Source: Eledone cirrhosa (Eukaryota). From it: a stretch of 64,000 nt of DNA. The notes beneath the pieces were generated by a model. The model worked only from the letters and a program-made list of their open reading frames with translations, was not told the DNA's origin and ran no database searches. Shown here piece after piece: positions 41,323-57,113 of the stretch (within the stretch, counting starts at the first letter, position 1; the number at the start of each line of letters is the position of its first letter). The stretch covers positions 260,152,001 through 260,216,000 of the forward strand of contig OZ024743.1 of assembly GCA_964016885.1 (NCBI GenBank). The letters run 5' to 3'. Position numbers and translations under genes: made by a program.

Positions 41323-42692
41323 AGAAATATCCCAACCCAGAATATATAGTTATATTTTTACACACCTTCAGAGACCAAACCCAACAATCTCTGCAACAGC
41401 GCATGTAAAGAATGCCGTTTCAAATATTTCTAGAGGGTTAACCAAATTTTATATTATCAAATGCCAGACTTTTAACTATCACCCCAACTGCTACTAAACG
41501 ACTAACAGAAAGGCAAGGACTGTCTTCCCGTTTCCAATTGTCTACATATTCTTTCACTTCACAAATAGGAGTCACACTTTATGATAATTTGCTAAGAAGA
41601 ACTCTGTCAACTTTTCAGAATCCTCTATAAGATATCCATCGCGTCTTCCTCAGCATCCTCCGGGAAAACTCCTTCCCTATTCTGTCTGCCGGAGCCGGAG
41701 AGTAGGAGAGACGGAGGCAGTGACAGTGAGAGTTTAGTTCTTTTGTGTTCAGACCTTAGGTATGTGTATATGTTTCACGGACACACATTCATGCAAGTGC
41801 AACTGCGACTAGAATTACTCATCCTCTGCTGTGTGATATGCCTAACCATTTTGTTACCAACCTGCTCCAAACCATTTAGATATTTTGCCTATTGTGACTT
41901 TTTAAATAACGAAACTACCTATAATCTGTTGTATCTGATATCCGTTATACTTGCTACAGCTAGGAAGATTCATTTGGTTAAGGAGGGTGAACAGGCGAAC
42001 TCAATCACTTTGCTTGCCACAAAGAAACTGGATGGCAGTTAATCTTGAAAGGTGGCTGAAAATTCCATCACGAATCACTCAGTTCGTATGGTTTCTGAGG
42101 TGACAAGACAGCTCATTGTATTGAGACTAACTGTTGCTTGGGGTGAAGGATGCGCAGAGTATAAAACAGAGTAGTGAACTGGAGAGTTCTTGGCTGTGTT
42201 GCATCCTGTAGTGAAGTGGAGAGTTCTTGGTTGTGTTACACCCACAAACACAGTTGTAAAGGGAACGGTTCCTGGCTGGGTTACATCCGCCAAATCACAA
42301 ACGATTCACTTAAAGGCTAACCACATATTTCTATATTTTCTATATAATTACATATTCCAACTCATGGGAACACCTCTGTGTCAGATTCCATGACCTCGTC
42401 AACAACCTCAGTATCCCTTCACTTCTAACATCGCAAAATTCATGAAGATAGTCATGAAAAACCAGAGCTATCATCAGCTTGAATCTCATTCCCTTCTCTG
42501 TGACCCTCACTATGTTTAACCTAGTCTAATATCTACTTGATATCTGTGACCTTATGACACACACCAGTGGCTTCTTAGCCGTAGGAATTTCGGCGAAAAC
42601 AAGAACATCCAAACAAAATTGTCCACCTATGATCTCCATCCGTTTTTCATCTCTTGGAGCGAAGACAGAGACCGAAAGATAGATAGGTAGTG

Positions 42693-42738
<46 letters not shown>

Positions 42739-42832
42739 ATGTTTGTGTGTGTGTGAGTGTGTGTTTATGTGTGTTTTTGTAGGTGGTCATGCGTATGTGT
42801 GAGTACGCACACACACAAAACATACACACATA

Positions 42833-42965
<133 letters not shown>

Positions 42966-43449
42966 AGACAGAGAGTGTGTATGTGTGTGTTTGTGCAAGT
43001 GTGTTTGAATGTTTGTATTACGGATTCTTCTTTAGAAGTGAAGATAGTGTTGGCATAGCGCCTCAATGTAGGAGATAGCTAAAGATTTGCTCAGGCATCA
43101 AGATAAATTCCGATTCAGCCATTAGTGAGTGGACAGTAGCGATACAACACAATACAATGTATTGTTGTTTCCTGATGTCAATACCTGTTGTTAGATTGGC
43201 CATCTCCTCTTATATATAATTTAAATAGTTTCTGCTGTGCTAAGCACTGGTCGTAGCCGACAAAATAATGGACTTCTTTTCCTCACCAATTTCCGTGCTT
43301 TGAAGCTAAATAAATAAATAAATAAATGAATGAATAAATAAAATACTGATGATACACCTCATTAACTATATCGTAAAGCATCTATTTCCATTTCTATGGG
43401 CATAAAGTGGCTTCTCTTCACGCGTAATTTCAATAAGAATTAAAATAAT

Positions 43450-44750
43450 AATAGTAATAATTGTTTCTACTTTAAGCACCATGCCAGCAATTACTCAGTA
43501 CATTACTGGTACTTTATTTTATCGACCCCGTAAGGATGAAAAGCAAAGTTAACCTCAGCGGGATTTGAACTCAGACTGTAAAGGGACGTAACTATGCTAG
43601 TAATAATAATAATTGTTTCTACTTTTGGCACAAGGCCAGCAATTACTCAGTACATTACTGGTACTTTATTTTATCGACCCCGTAAGGATGAAAGGCAAAG
43701 TTAACCTCGGCGGGATTTGAACTCAGACCGCAAAGGGACGTAACTATGCTGGAAAGCATGGCGTCCGACTCTCTACCGATACTGCCAATCCACCTAATAA
43801 TAATAATAATTGTTTCTACTTTAGGCACAAGGCCAGCAATTTTGGGGGTGGGTAAAGTCGATTAACTCGACTCCACTGCATTACTGGTGCTTTATTTTAG
43901 CGACTCCGTAAGGATGAAAAGCAAAGCTAACCTCGGTGGGATTTCAACTCAGAACGTAAAGGGCCATAACGCTATGTCATAAAGCATATTGTCCGACGCT
44001 CTACCGATAATACCAATCCACTAATGGTTTCTGATTTAGGCACAAGGCCAAAAATTGTATGGGAAGGAATAGCCAATTAAAACGAACCTAGAACTTCACT
44101 GGTATTTGGGATGGTAGGGGAGGGGGATAACAATGGCTTCTAATTTAGGTACAAAACCAGTTATTGGAGTGGAGAGTTACACAAAACAACACCAGTACTT
44201 GACTGGTACTTTATTTTATCGATTCTGGAATAATGAAAGGCAAAGTTACGTCGGTGGTATTTGGACCCAGAACGTAAAGAGCCGGCAAAAATGCCGCAAA
44301 GCAGTTAGACCAACGCTCTAACAATTCAGCCAATCCATTGTCCTTTACTATTGAGTCATAATAATTATTTCTACTTTTGGCACAAGGCCAGCAATTATCC
44401 CAGTGCATTACTGGTACTTTATTTTATCGACCCCGTAAGGATGGAAGGCAAAGTTAACCTCGGCGGGATTTGAACCCAGACCCTAAAGGGCCGTAACTCT
44501 ATGCTGAAAAGCATGTCGTCCGACCCTCTACTGATACTGCCAATCCACCGCCATTGAGTCATAATAATGGTTTTTAATTTGATTTAGGTACGTGGCCAGA
44601 AATTCTGGGGAGTGGGGAGTGGAAAGTCGATTAAATCGATCTCAGTACTTGACTGGTACTTTATTTTATCGACATCAGAAGAATGAAAAACAATAATTTG
44701 AACTCAGACAGTAGAGGTCCGAAACAAATACCGCAAAATTTATCCGACGC
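43450..44750 (-). mobile_element. Cluster of about 7 same-orientation SINE copies of different ages
   Basis: Repeated aattgtttctacttttggcacaaggccagcaatt...ggatttgaactcag. Confidence 0.9.
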
Positions 44751-44754
44751 TTTC

Positions 44755-46490
44755 GAGAGTCACTTGTGGGGAAAGCCCACGAAGAAATCACGCTCATCCT
44801 GACCACTAGGGCAAGTTCCCCCCTCCCAGTGGTCCTCCGCCAATCTACAGGTGCCTACTCAGAGCTGGCTTATTCATTCGGGCTATGCTCGCCACACTTA
44901 GCCATCTATTAACAAACTACTTGGAAGGGCAGCACTTCCTCTAAAAAAGTTAGCCAGGGCTACGCCGAAGAGGAAAATGCTGGTCTTCAAAGGTATCGAC
45001 CACACGATCTCATTCACCATGGCCGCCGAGCAGATAAAAAGTGCATGTCCTTCTCAGCTAAAGAAAAGTCGAGGTGCGATCTTCACGATTGATTCAGCTA
45101 ATAGCCTGATCTATCCTACACGTGATAGCGTGTGTTCAACAAAAACCCACAAATCAGCAGTCTGCGGCCACTGGACGATTACGTGCTGGCTGGTTTCATT
45201 GCCCCCCGCGCATGTCAGACAGACCAGACAAGCAGTATTTCCATGCACGTAGAAATTGTCGCAAACTGGCAATACTCTCCGGTAGTACTGCCAGGTCAAG
45301 GATTTTTGGAAATTATCCATTGGTCCTTGACTGAAAATCATGTAACAAAGAAGTGTAACTAGTTGATTTTCGTCGACCCCAAGAGTTTCCTCAAGAACAT
45401 CGTCACTTTTACCCGCCACAAACCCATTATAAAACGCCAAGGTGGAGTTTCCACCGATCGTACTATCCGATTAGCTGAGGTCTGTGAGCGTTTGAAGACA
45501 TTCCAGTTTCCATGAGCTTCTTCTCGGTCTTCGCTTGACCCATGACAGTCGCTTCGTCAAGGAGACCAGTTGGAGGTAAACACGTCTAGCGAACAGTGAC
45601 CACACCTGTTCCCCGCCAAAGAAAAGCTGTGTGTGGTAGCCTCAGTGCACGTTTTCGCATCATCAGCCACGGCATGTCCAGTCCTCAACGCATTGGTTGT
45701 TGACAACAGATGAATCACCTCACCATCGGAACAAGAAACCAACATTTTAACGTTCCAGTGCATCACACGGAGACGAGAACAAGGCACGACGGTCAGACAG
45801 TAGTTGATGATGAACTCAATATACGCGTTCGCTACCTCTGCCCGCCCTTTCAAGGATAGGTTCCTCGTGGCCAATTTCTGAGTGGGAGTGACTACCCTGC
45901 TCATTACCTCGTCCCAGTTTTTGTTTATCTGGATGTCTGCACTAAACCAGACCCCGAGCAATTCAACCGGTCTGTCCATTCATCGATCACGATGCTATTG
46001 GATGGCATGGACGTGCCTCTTCAAGTGCCGAGTCGCAGGTCCTAGTTAATTTTTGCTCATGTCACCACTTCGTGTTCCCTCGATGTGTTTAATGCATTAC
46101 GGAATAACCTATCGAGATACAATCCGGATGACCCGATATGTTTGACGATGTCCACATTGGCACACACGGTAAATCCAGTTGTAAGTGTCTGAGCAGGTTT
46201 GTGATGCTTTTACACTTTCCTTACCAATATACTAGTCCTACACCGTTTCAGCGTGCATTTAAGATACTGTTCCAGTCACCCACTAACGCTAAAAACGGCA
46301 TCGTTTCAAGAAACGTCTCAACGCTCCTTAGACGTTACTGGTGCTAAGCTCTATCGGCTTTGCCTTTCCTTTAGACAACATCGGTGCCATGGAGAGGGGA
46401 GACTGGCAGCCATAGGCGACTGCTTGTCTTTTACAAAAACACCTTGTCCGGTTTTCTGGTTCGAATGGGAAATTTCTAGATGCATTCGTA
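44755..46490 (-). mobile_element. Older, disrupted Tx1-like LINE
   Basis: PVELLGVWF..KNWDEV..LSLKGRAEVAN and GPMDNFQKSLTWQ are homologous to the 53.5-56.9 kb ORF. Confidence 0.85.
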
Positions 46491-46524
46491 ACAGAAGAGG
46501 TTCTTTCTTTCTTTTTTCTTTTTT

Positions 46525-46560
<36 letters not shown>

Positions 46561-47149
46561 TATTTATTTATATGTTTCTTCTTTCACACACACACACAGA
46601 TACTTGTGTGTGTGTGCGTATATAGGGATGACTTCTATACAATGATTTATACGAATGAAACAGATCTTGTCCTGTATAAGTTATTTCTATATAAAATAAA
46701 TATGCTTCTACCGCATTGAGTACCATACCTAATTGTGACACCTTTCTGATACCCTTCGGGAAACCTTATGTTATGGTGCTTGGTTTAGTGGTTACAGCGT
46801 TGGACTTACAATCGTCATGTTGTGAGTTCGATTCCCGAACCGGGTGGTTTGTGAAATAAAGTACCTGAGCAAGGTACTTTATTTCACTTAGCTGTTGGAA
46901 TGCATTGCGACGTCACTGGGGCCATGCTGTCTTTCCATTGGACAACAGCATATATAGTGTGAATATAGTGTATATGTGTATATATATTGTTCGGAGTGCA
47001 TATATAGTGTATATGTAATGTATATATATCTAGAGGCGGTGGAAGTGTGGAGGGACTGGGGTGCCATGCCCCCGCCCATAATTATATTTTCTCCCCAAAA
47101 TACCAAAATTACATCTATTTCTATATGTGCTACAATTTATGTACATGTT

Positions 47150-47885
47150 ATGTAGAGATAGATACAGATATAGAAATGGGGAGAGTTTCGTGGTAAGAGA
47201 TATAGAGGCGAAGGTTGGGAGAGTATTTATATTAGTTAGAGAGAGGGGGATTGGTAAAAGAGTTCCATGTAGCAGTAGATGTAGAGAGGGGAAGCGTTTG
47301 ATGTTAATTGATATAGAGAGGGGTATTGGAAAAGAGTGTTGTATGGTTGATATAGAGAAGGTGAGTGTTTGGTGGTAATGAATAGAGTGAGAGGATTGAT
47401 AGAGATATATATTGATGGCTATAGACAGGAGGAGAATTTGGTAGTGATGGAGAGAATGAGAGGGAATGAGAGAAAGTACTGTATGGTAGATATAAAGAGG
47501 GGGGTAGATAGTTTGGTGGTAATTCATATATAAAGGGGGATTGGGAGAGAGAGAGTCATTTAGTAGATATAGAGAGGTGTAGATTTCAATGCTTGTAGAT
47601 ATAATGACGGTGTTGGGAGAGATACATATTGCTAAATATAGATAGGGGGATTGGGAGAGAACGTATCGTAAAAGATATAGAGGAGAGAGTTTGTGATGGA
47701 TAGAGAGAGAATGATTACGAGAGAGTGTGGTAGAGATGGTGAGGGGGAGAGTTTAGAGATGATTGATATAAAGAGGGGGATTGGAGAGTGTTTTGTATGT
47801 TAGATATAGAGAGGGGGAGAATTTGGTGGTTGTAGATATAGAGAAAGGATAATGGAAGTTTGCCGTGTAGTAGACATAGAGAGGG
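47150..47885. repeat. Degenerate purine-rich minisatellite
   Basis: Recurring gtagatatagagagggggattgggagag motifs. Confidence 0.7.
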
Positions 47886-48358
47886 TCCCAAATATTAGGA
47901 GGGGTGAGGGCTTGGGAAACCGGTAATTGTATAGCTTACGTTCGTAAATATGGGATTTCTTGTAATGTTCTTTTTTTTCACGTATATAATGTTTTTTTTT
48001 ATGTAAAATAAAATAATTAGACCTGAGAGTACGTGAATTATTGACTGACGTAAGAATGAAAACTCAATATCGAAGTAGAGTTTAAATATTCATTTATTAT
48101 GGGTAAGTGATCAGCCTTGTTACTCTGGAGTTTCACCTGAGTAATTACAGGATCATCAGGCATGATACTGTAAGTGCGCAGGTGAAACTTTAGAGTAACA
48201 CAGCTTACCAATAGCCATAATAATTCAATGTATATATATATATATATATATGGGTATAATACCATTTTATTACCAAATGCGAAGAAGCTCGCTATATCAA
48301 CCCCTTAGGAAAGTGTACAGAGCATTACTTTTTTTACATTATATATAATATATATATA

Positions 48359-48550
48359 GGAAAAGGTCCAGGACCCCGAGGACAGAGCTTACGCCGTTTC
48401 GACGGCTATTTCTGAACTAGAAATAGCCGTCTGAGTTCAGAAATAGCCGTCGAAACGGCGAGAGCTCTGCCGTCGGGGTCCTGAACCTTTTCCTATTACC
48501 CACTCTACTACCCAAAGTATCGAGTACTCTGGTGCGTTATGGGCCACATG
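48359..48550. repeat. Family G fold-back element in (TA)n
   Basis: Arms 48359-48418 and 48434-48493. Confidence 0.8.
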
Positions 48551-48630
48551 TATATATATATTACATTATATATATATAGATATATAATGTAATATATATA
48601 TACAAGCCCCCCCCCCCCAGTACACCGCCC

Positions 48631-48670
<40 letters not shown>

Positions 48671-48687
48671 CGGCGGTGTACACAAAA

Positions 48688-48727
<40 letters not shown>

Positions 48728-48733
<6 letters not shown>

Positions 48734-49117
48734 ATGCTTTGGGAGGGTCATGTTGCCAATAAGAAACACACGCACCAGTAGTTTTACTTCAATTTATTAT
48801 AAATTAAATTTATAAATTTAGGAATTTATAAATTTCCGGTTGGCTGGTTGGTTCCACAACCAGACGATTGTTCATATATTGTCAAAGTTCTTTCGTCACA
48901 CATTCTGTGACCTCTTAATCGTCTGGTTGTTGAACCAACCAGCCAACCGGAAATTTATAAATTCCTAAATTTATAAATTTAATTTATAATAAATTGAAGT
49001 GAAACATCTGGTGCGTGTGTTTCTTATTGGCAACATGACCCTGCCAAATCATAACAATATCGGTTTCAACACACGTTTTCAGATAAAGAATCTTGCTAAA
49101 CAAATTCAGAAACGAAA
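48728..49117. mobile_element. Fold-back element in (TA)n
   Basis: 48728-48869 is inverted at about 48917-49059; the spacer holds an HHR-like stem II plus GAAA on the minus strand (gtcaca..tgtgac-GAAA) cut at the junction. Confidence 0.8.
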
Positions 49118-49142
49118 TATATATATATATATATATATATAT

Positions 49143-49400
49143 TTAAAAGAATAGAGGTGTAACACACGAGTTATGATATATTGGTAAAAAGAAAAGAAAA
49201 TGCTGACAAATTGTTCCCAGTGAAAAATAGTTTAATTAGGAATAAGTAAAAATTAGTAATAGTATTGGTTAGTATTCAGTTTTGGTTTTAAGTTCAAAGC
49301 CAAAACTGAATACTAACCAATACTATTGCTAATTTTCACTTATTCCTAATTAAACTATTTTTCACTGGGAACAATTTGTCAGCATTTTCTTTTCCTTTTA

Positions 49401-49405
<5 letters not shown>
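49143..49405. repeat. Fold-back remnant of the 25.4-kb Penelope terminal repeat
   Basis: About 49177-49287 is inverted at 49298-49407; homologous to 25443-25555. Confidence 0.85.
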
Positions 49406-49452
<47 letters not shown>

Positions 49453-49457
<5 letters not shown>

Positions 49458-50298
49458 AAGTGAGTCCTTCATCAGTGACCCTCCAACCGTCCTCGGCATT
49501 TCATCGCTTTAAGGGCCATATGCCTCAGGTTGGTGCGAACAACGGCTAAAAAAAGTCGTTGGGACACGTAAATAAAGGGGGACGCTAGAGTAACAACAAA
49601 AAGGTTTAAGCAACGGAAAGTGAGTAGAAATAGACAAGTCCCAGATCTCTATGAATATAAACTCTGTGAAATCGTGAACAAGAGACGAAAGACCATCAGA
49701 CCTGGTTGAAATGTGAGCAAGGAAAGAATTTCGCCCAAGTTTGACGGGGGGGGGGAGGGAGAGAGAGAGAGAAAGAAAAAGGAGAGAAGAGGAAGAAGAA
49801 GAAGAAGAAGAAGAAGAAGAAGAAGAAGAAGAAGAAGAAGAAGAAGAAGAAGAAGAAGAAGAAGAAGAAGAAGAAGAAGAAGAAGAAGATAAGGGGGTCT
49901 GGTCTACGAATTCGGTAAACGCAAGTTTTGTGAAGTCGCAGACGAAAGAGAGAGAGAAAAAAATTCCATACCAGCTCGGTCAAGACTGCGCGAGAAAAGA
50001 ATTACACACAGGTCAAACTTGAAGGAGGAGGAGGAAAGAGGAGGAGGAGAGGTAGTGACAGAGAATGAGTGAGTGAAAGTTGAGGAGAGGGTAACAGAGA
50101 GGGAGACTGCTAGAAGTGGTAAAGATACAAGGAACGAAACAGACGAAGGCAGCATGGAAAAGTTATATGTGTAAATATGATGATAATAATGGAGCTGCGG
50201 CGTTGCAAATGGGATACATATGAAAAAGTGAGTCCTTCATCAGTGACCCTCCAACCGTCCTCGGCATTTCATCGCTTTAAGGGCCATATGCCTCAGGT
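49453..50298 (-). mobile_element. Family F element, 1.1 tandem units
   Basis: tgaaaaagtgagtccttcatcagtg... at 49453 and 50221; internal (GAA)n. Confidence 0.85.
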
Positions 50299-50505
50299 TT
50301 ATATATATATAAACCACAGACCCTCCATCTCAACTCTACTTTTGAAAAGCAGAAGAACTGGGAAACCGGTAAAGGAACCAAATAAATATATATATTTTTT
50401 TTTAAAATAAGACTCCAGTTGCATCTTCGATTTCATCTGGTTTTCTTTATACTTTCACTCGTATAGGACACCTCGGTTACTTTTCATTTTGTAAAAAAAC
50501 CTCAC

Positions 50506-50549
<44 letters not shown>

Positions 50550-50709
50550 CGTCCCTTCACGCACAAGGCGCCAAGGTACGCATGTATTGTCCAACCAAGT
50601 GCCAATGTGGTTCAATGGCGGGTTAATAAATTAACGAGCCAGGAACAGTTTTCGATAGCGCTAGTTTGTGATTTAAATTCAGGAATTTTATATTCTTTGA
50701 ATGAAAAGA

Positions 50710-50793
50710 ACCTTCTGACGAGAATCTCTCTTTGCAACGAAGGCCGTATGGTCTCCGTTTTATTTTTGGGATTCGAAACCGATCGGTAAAGGT
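50710..50793 (+). ncRNA. Type I hammerhead ribozyme with extended stem II
   Basis: acctt-CTGACGA-gaatctc...gggattc-GAAA-ccgatcgg-TA-aaggt. Confidence 0.85.
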
Positions 50794-51192
50794 AACTATA
50801 GTAGGTAAAGTCAATTTTTTAAAATTTATTTTGAAACTTTTTCATTATTTACTAAACCTTGTTTATATTTGTTCTGGCTCGTTAATTTATTAACCCGCCA
50901 TTGAACCACATTGGCACTTGGTTGGACAATACATGCGTACCTTGGTGCCTTGTGCGTGAAGGGACGTATTTCATATTACTACTACCTCCACTAACGTTGA
51001 GAACAAACCGGGTCATTCCGACTGCTGCTGGCAACAGCGGTGGCTAGTTTGACCTACCTCCTTTTGCCTCTATCTTTGCTACGGCCCTTGATAAACCTGT
51101 TCTACATCATCCACTCTCATCCCAGGAACAGTTTTTGATAGCGCTAGTTTGTGATTTAAATTCAGGAATTTTATATTCTTTGAATGAAAAGA

Positions 51193-51276
51193 ACCTTCTG
51201 ACGAGAATCTCTCTTTGCAACGAAGGCCGTATGGTCTCCGTTTTATTTTTGGGATTCGAAACCGATCGGTAAAGGT
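51193..51276 (+). ncRNA. Type I hammerhead ribozyme, second copy
   Basis: Identical motif, +483. Confidence 0.85.
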
Positions 51277-51346
51277 AACTATAGTAGGTAAAGTCAATTT
51301 TTAAAAATTTATTTTGAAACTTTTTCATTATTTACTAAACCTTGTT

Positions 51347-52357
<1,011 letters not shown>

Positions 52358-52398
52358 CGAAACATAATTCAATTGCATGAACTCATAATCCTTTATTT

Positions 52399-52454
52399 AC
52401 TGCTATATATATTTCGATGATAGCCATTGAATGTCTATGACCTCATCAGGCAGT
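52399..52454 (-). ncRNA. Type I hammerhead ribozyme
   Basis: Minus: actgc-CTGATGA-ggtcatagaca..tggctatcatc-GAAA-tatata-TA-gcagt, inside TA-flanked island 52353-52700. Confidence 0.78.
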
Positions 52455-52699
52455 TAGTCAGTTCTTAGATATGCCAGTTCTGTGTGTATAGTGTTGATGG
52501 TATCAGAGCCTTGGGACATACGAGCTTGTTAGGAATAATTCGATGTTGTCAGCAGGAATAGTCTTGATTCTCATTGGTCAGTTTGTAGATGGTAGTAGGT
52601 TGGTATTTGACCTCAAAGAGGCAGGTGGTTCTGTAAGGTTCAAACCGTCAGGCAAGATGACAATAGTTCTACATGACTGATTTTCGCAAAATATACTTG

Positions 52700-52775
<76 letters not shown>

Positions 52776-52840
52776 AGTATACGCACACACACATACATAC
52801 ATTATATCTAATATCTATATCTATCTATCTATCTATCTAT

Positions 52841-55800
52841 GTACCGCAAACACAACCCGAAAATATACCCCTCCCCTCCAACGCGGAAGATGACCCTAGT
52901 TCGTCGTCAGACGAGGAGGAGCACTTCCACACAATCAAAAGAAAAAAAAGAAAACACACCTCAGACACACAAATGAAAAAAAACCCTCCCCAAAACATAA
53001 CACTGACACCAACACAAAAGAGCTCACAACAACAGCAAACAAAAAACACCACACAAAAACAAAAACATGCATACACATACATAAATACAAGAAACAAAAA
53101 ACTGTTAAACATTGTGTACAACAACAATCTAATAAAAACACAAGGGCCTAACTTCACCCAGGCAGGGGATTTCCCCCACCTCAAAATGATTAAGGCCCCA
53201 CAGGACACCTATAAAACTTTAAAAAACAATTTTAAAGAGGACGTGGGTCCCCCCTGCGTCGGGCCCATTAACCGCGTCCTCCTAAAAAACTATCCCACCC
53301 CCTCCCCAAATACCCACACAACTCCAAGCTCCCCAACCACACAACACACTGATGCCCCCACACTTCCACAAACCACCACCCCACCCAACAACCCATCCCC
53401 CACCCTAATGGAAATTGTGCAGCCCGATACCCGGGACGCAGAGAGGTAAGTGCCTTTTCTCTTCACCACCAACATGGCTATGCTAAGAGTAGGCTGTTTA
53501 AATGCGCGTGGCCTGGGCTCAACTTGGAAGCAAGCAATGCTTCTAAATGACCTCAGGTCACAACGTATAGATGTGATGGTTATTTGCGAGGCCCGGATCA
53601 GCAACGTGCGACAGCTGGCCCCCACCTTTGATGACTTTGAGATGCACGCATCTCTCTGTCAGCCCGGAGGTGGGGGTGGAGTTGTCGTTCTGCTGCAAAA
53701 ACATCTGGGTCTCGCAACACAGATGGTACATATGGACCCGGAGGGTCGACTAGTGGTTCTGGACCTTGGCAGTGGTAAAGGCGGAGCGTTTAGGTTGGTA
53801 GCCGCCTACGGCCCTTTCGGGTCAATGCGGCCGGACTTCTTCCATCGTCTGGAGACTTTTCTAGGGACGTCCCGCTCCTTGCTATTAGTGGGGGACTGGA
53901 ATGGTATCCTAGATGCACGCTGGGACTACGTAGGGGCCTGCCCCGATAGAGAGGGGTGTAATAGCCTCAAAGGGTTAATCGGTCGATTTGACCTGGCCGA
54001 TAGATATCGACTAGATTTTCCGACTGCGCCAACCTGGACTTGGGCAAATCGTAGCGGATCATCTAGGTCGTACCTAGATAGGTTCTTAGTTAGAATTAAG
54101 GATAAGGACTTTTTAAGTTGTCCAAAAATGCGCATGGTTGGCTATTCAGACCACAAATTAGTGACCTGCATGGTCAACCTTGACAGAACTCATAGACAGG
54201 GCCCCGGTTACTGGAAGCTCAACTTGTCCTTGCCGGCAAGTAGAGCCTACAGGAATCGGATTAGTACGTTAGTTAAGGAACGGTTGACTGGAGCGATCGT
54301 CAACAGCAGGTGGTGGGTATCTCTAAAGAGAGAGATTAGAGTAGTCTCGATAGAATTTAGTAAGGTTCTAGCTGCGGATAGGAATAGGAAGGAAAGGGAG
54401 CTAATAGATAGAGTAGAAGAGGCAATTAGAAGCGGCGACGTGGCCAGAGTGCTAGCGTCGAGAACGGCTTTGAGCCAGTTTTTCGACGCGAGGCACGAAG
54501 GCTGCGTTGTCCGAAGTAAAATACGTGCTCTAGGGAACGAGGGGACCAAAGCTGTTAGCTGGGCCCGCGTGACAGAGGCCAACAGTGGAACTAAATCCAC
54601 CATCCGGTCTTTGCGAGACCTGGATGGACGGGCGATTCTTGAGCCTAAGCAGATGTGTGAGGCCTTTCAAAGGCACTTTGCCCGACTGTTCGGGAGGGGC
54701 GGGGAGCCGGTTGGGAACGTGGACTTCGGTCCATACCTCGACGGCCTGCCGCGCCTCTCGGACAGGGAGGCGAAGTCCTGCGAGGAACCGATTTCGGCCG
54801 CTGAGATAGAGGACGTGCTGAGCCAATGCGGCAAACGCAAATCCCCGGGTCTCGATGGTCTTCCTTACGAATTATATCTAGCTATGCCGGACTTGTTCCC
54901 CGATCTCCTCGAGGCGGTCTACTGCAACTGGCGACAGAACGGGAGAATTCCCTGTACTGTGACCAAGGGCGTAGTCACGCTAGTGAGGAAGGACGAGAAC
55001 AAGGGGGACGAAATAAGTAACTTCAGGCCCATAACTCTGCTAAATACAGAGTTACAGATTTTGGCCAAGGTGCTAGCAAAGAGGTTGGCGCTTGTCGTGG
55101 GCAACCTGGTGGGAGATGCGCAGACATGCGCTATCCCGTCCAGGTCCATCCATGACAACCTCCACCTCATGCGATACATCATAGAGAGGGTTGGGAACGA
55201 ACCCGGCTTTGGTGGGGCTCTGATCAACTTGGATCAATCTAAGGCGTTCGATAGGGTCGACCATGGTTACCTGGATGCGGTGCTAGCGGCGGCAGGCTTC
55301 GGACCCGTTTTCAGGGGCTGGATCACTGCTATGCACAGCAGCCGCATCTGCTCTAGGGTCAAGGTGAACGGCTACCTCTCGGAGCCGTTCGAAATCACAC
55401 GATCCATTCGACAGGGGTGCCCTCTCTCCTCCCTTCTGTACGTATTGACTCTCGAGCCTTTACTGAGGAAGTTGAAGTTGTTGCAGGCTATCCCCCTGGA
55501 ACCAGGATTGAGCAAAGCGGTGTCGGCCTACGCCGATAACGTAACAGTAATGGTATCGACCGACTCGGAGATCGAGGCGATCGGTACCTTACTGGAGGAA
55601 TACGAAAGGTTGTCAGGAGCGAAACTGAACCGGGAAAAATCCATCGGGCTGCAACTCGGAACGTGGAGAGGCAGACCGATGCCTCCCGACGGTGTCGTCG
55701 GACACTGGACGGAGGGCCCGGTGAAGTTGCTTGGCGTCTGGTTTGGACCGGACCTCCAGGTGGAAAAGAACTGGGGCGAGGTTACGAACAAGGTGTTTGC

Positions 55801-57113
55801 ACTAACCCAGAAATGGGCCAAGTGTAAGCTGTCCCTAAAAGGTCGGGCGGAGGTGGCGAACATTTACATAGCGTCTGTCACTTACTACCGCCTGACTGTC
55901 GTGCCTTGCCCTAAGGAAACACTCACCACCATGGAACGCATGCTCTTCAAATTTCTTTGGAAGAAGCGCCCTCCTATGGTGAGAAGATCCATCTGCTGCC
56001 AACAACCTTCGAAAGGAGGGCTGGGGATGCCGTGGTTGATGATGCGTAGGCACGCATTAAGGCTACGGCACCTACAGGTATTCCTCACTGGTCAACCGGT
56101 GTGGGCTCCGTTCGTGAAACGAGCCTTTCCGAGACTCGTCTCGCTCATCGAGCTGCAGTCCTGGGTCAAGCAAAGATCCGGAAAACTGGGAGACTGGCAC
56201 ACTGAGTGTGCCCAGGCGCTCAGGTCTCTCTGGCAAGCGGACCCGGCCATCGGTGGAGAATCCACCTCGTCATTCTATAGAGGGCTGGTGGCTAGCAGGG
56301 GCGATGACACCCTTGGAGAGTCGCTGGACATGGAAAAGGACGAGCTGGCCAGCCTGTTCGGTAGGACCAATGGACAACTTCCAGAAGTCACTAGCCTGGC
56401 AGTGCTACCGGGGGGCTCTACCCGTTCGAGAAAAGCTCTACAGACACGGGCGCCCGGGCAGGGATCCCCCGAAAAAGATTTGCCCTAGATGCGTGCATCA
56501 CGAAGAAACCGTTGCGCACGCATTGGTGCAATGTCCGGGCGTGGCTGATCTGTGGGGCTACGCCGAACGACTGCTGTCGCGGGTGACGCCGATTCGATTG
56601 ACCGCCGAGTCCGTGATGACAATCAAGCCGCCTCCCCTCTTCACAAAGGAAGCAAAGGCGGTTTTTCTGTGCGTAATAGCCATGTTGAAAGAGGTTGTTT
56701 GGTGGACACGATTGAAAGGTCTGAGGTCAGGCAACTTCCTCTCTGGCCATAGTCTGGTCTACTTCTTCCGATATCACTTCGGAAGAAGGATAAGAATGGA
56801 GAGAGAGGTGCTTGGCCACAGGCAGTTTTATGAAAGGTGGGTGATAGTGGCGAGAATGGCTCGTGTAAATGGGCCTTCTCTGTATACCATCCTGTAGGTA
56901 AAGAAGTGAAGGAGAAGGGAGCACCTTCTCCATGTGCTCCCCGGGCAAAGGATTGCACACCTTTTCGGGGGGTGTGTGCAACCCCCATCACGTCCCCTCC
57001 CTTTTGAGGTTGTTTTCGATTATTTTCATTTTATACCCTTTTTACTCGGTTTTATGTAAACTCCCCCTTTGTATTTGTCCCTTCTTTTTATGCCTTTATG
57101 GTAAATAAAGAAA
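52841..57113 (+). mobile_element. Tx1-like (L1 group) LINE, near full length, in a (TATC)n tract
   Basis: Short ORF1 remnant, APE+RT ORF2, T-rich 3' UTR ending aataaagaaa; tatctatc repeats on both sides. Confidence 0.93.
53474..56897 (+). pseudogene. Tx1-like ORF2 (AP endonuclease, RT, C-terminal CCHC), one frameshift near 56365
   Basis: LNARGL, VGDWN, SYLDRF, SDHK, GPGYWKLN, KSPGLDGL, NFRPITLLN, LDQSKAFDRVDH, IRQGCPLS, YADN, KGGLG, CPRC..ETVAHALVQC. Confidence 0.92.
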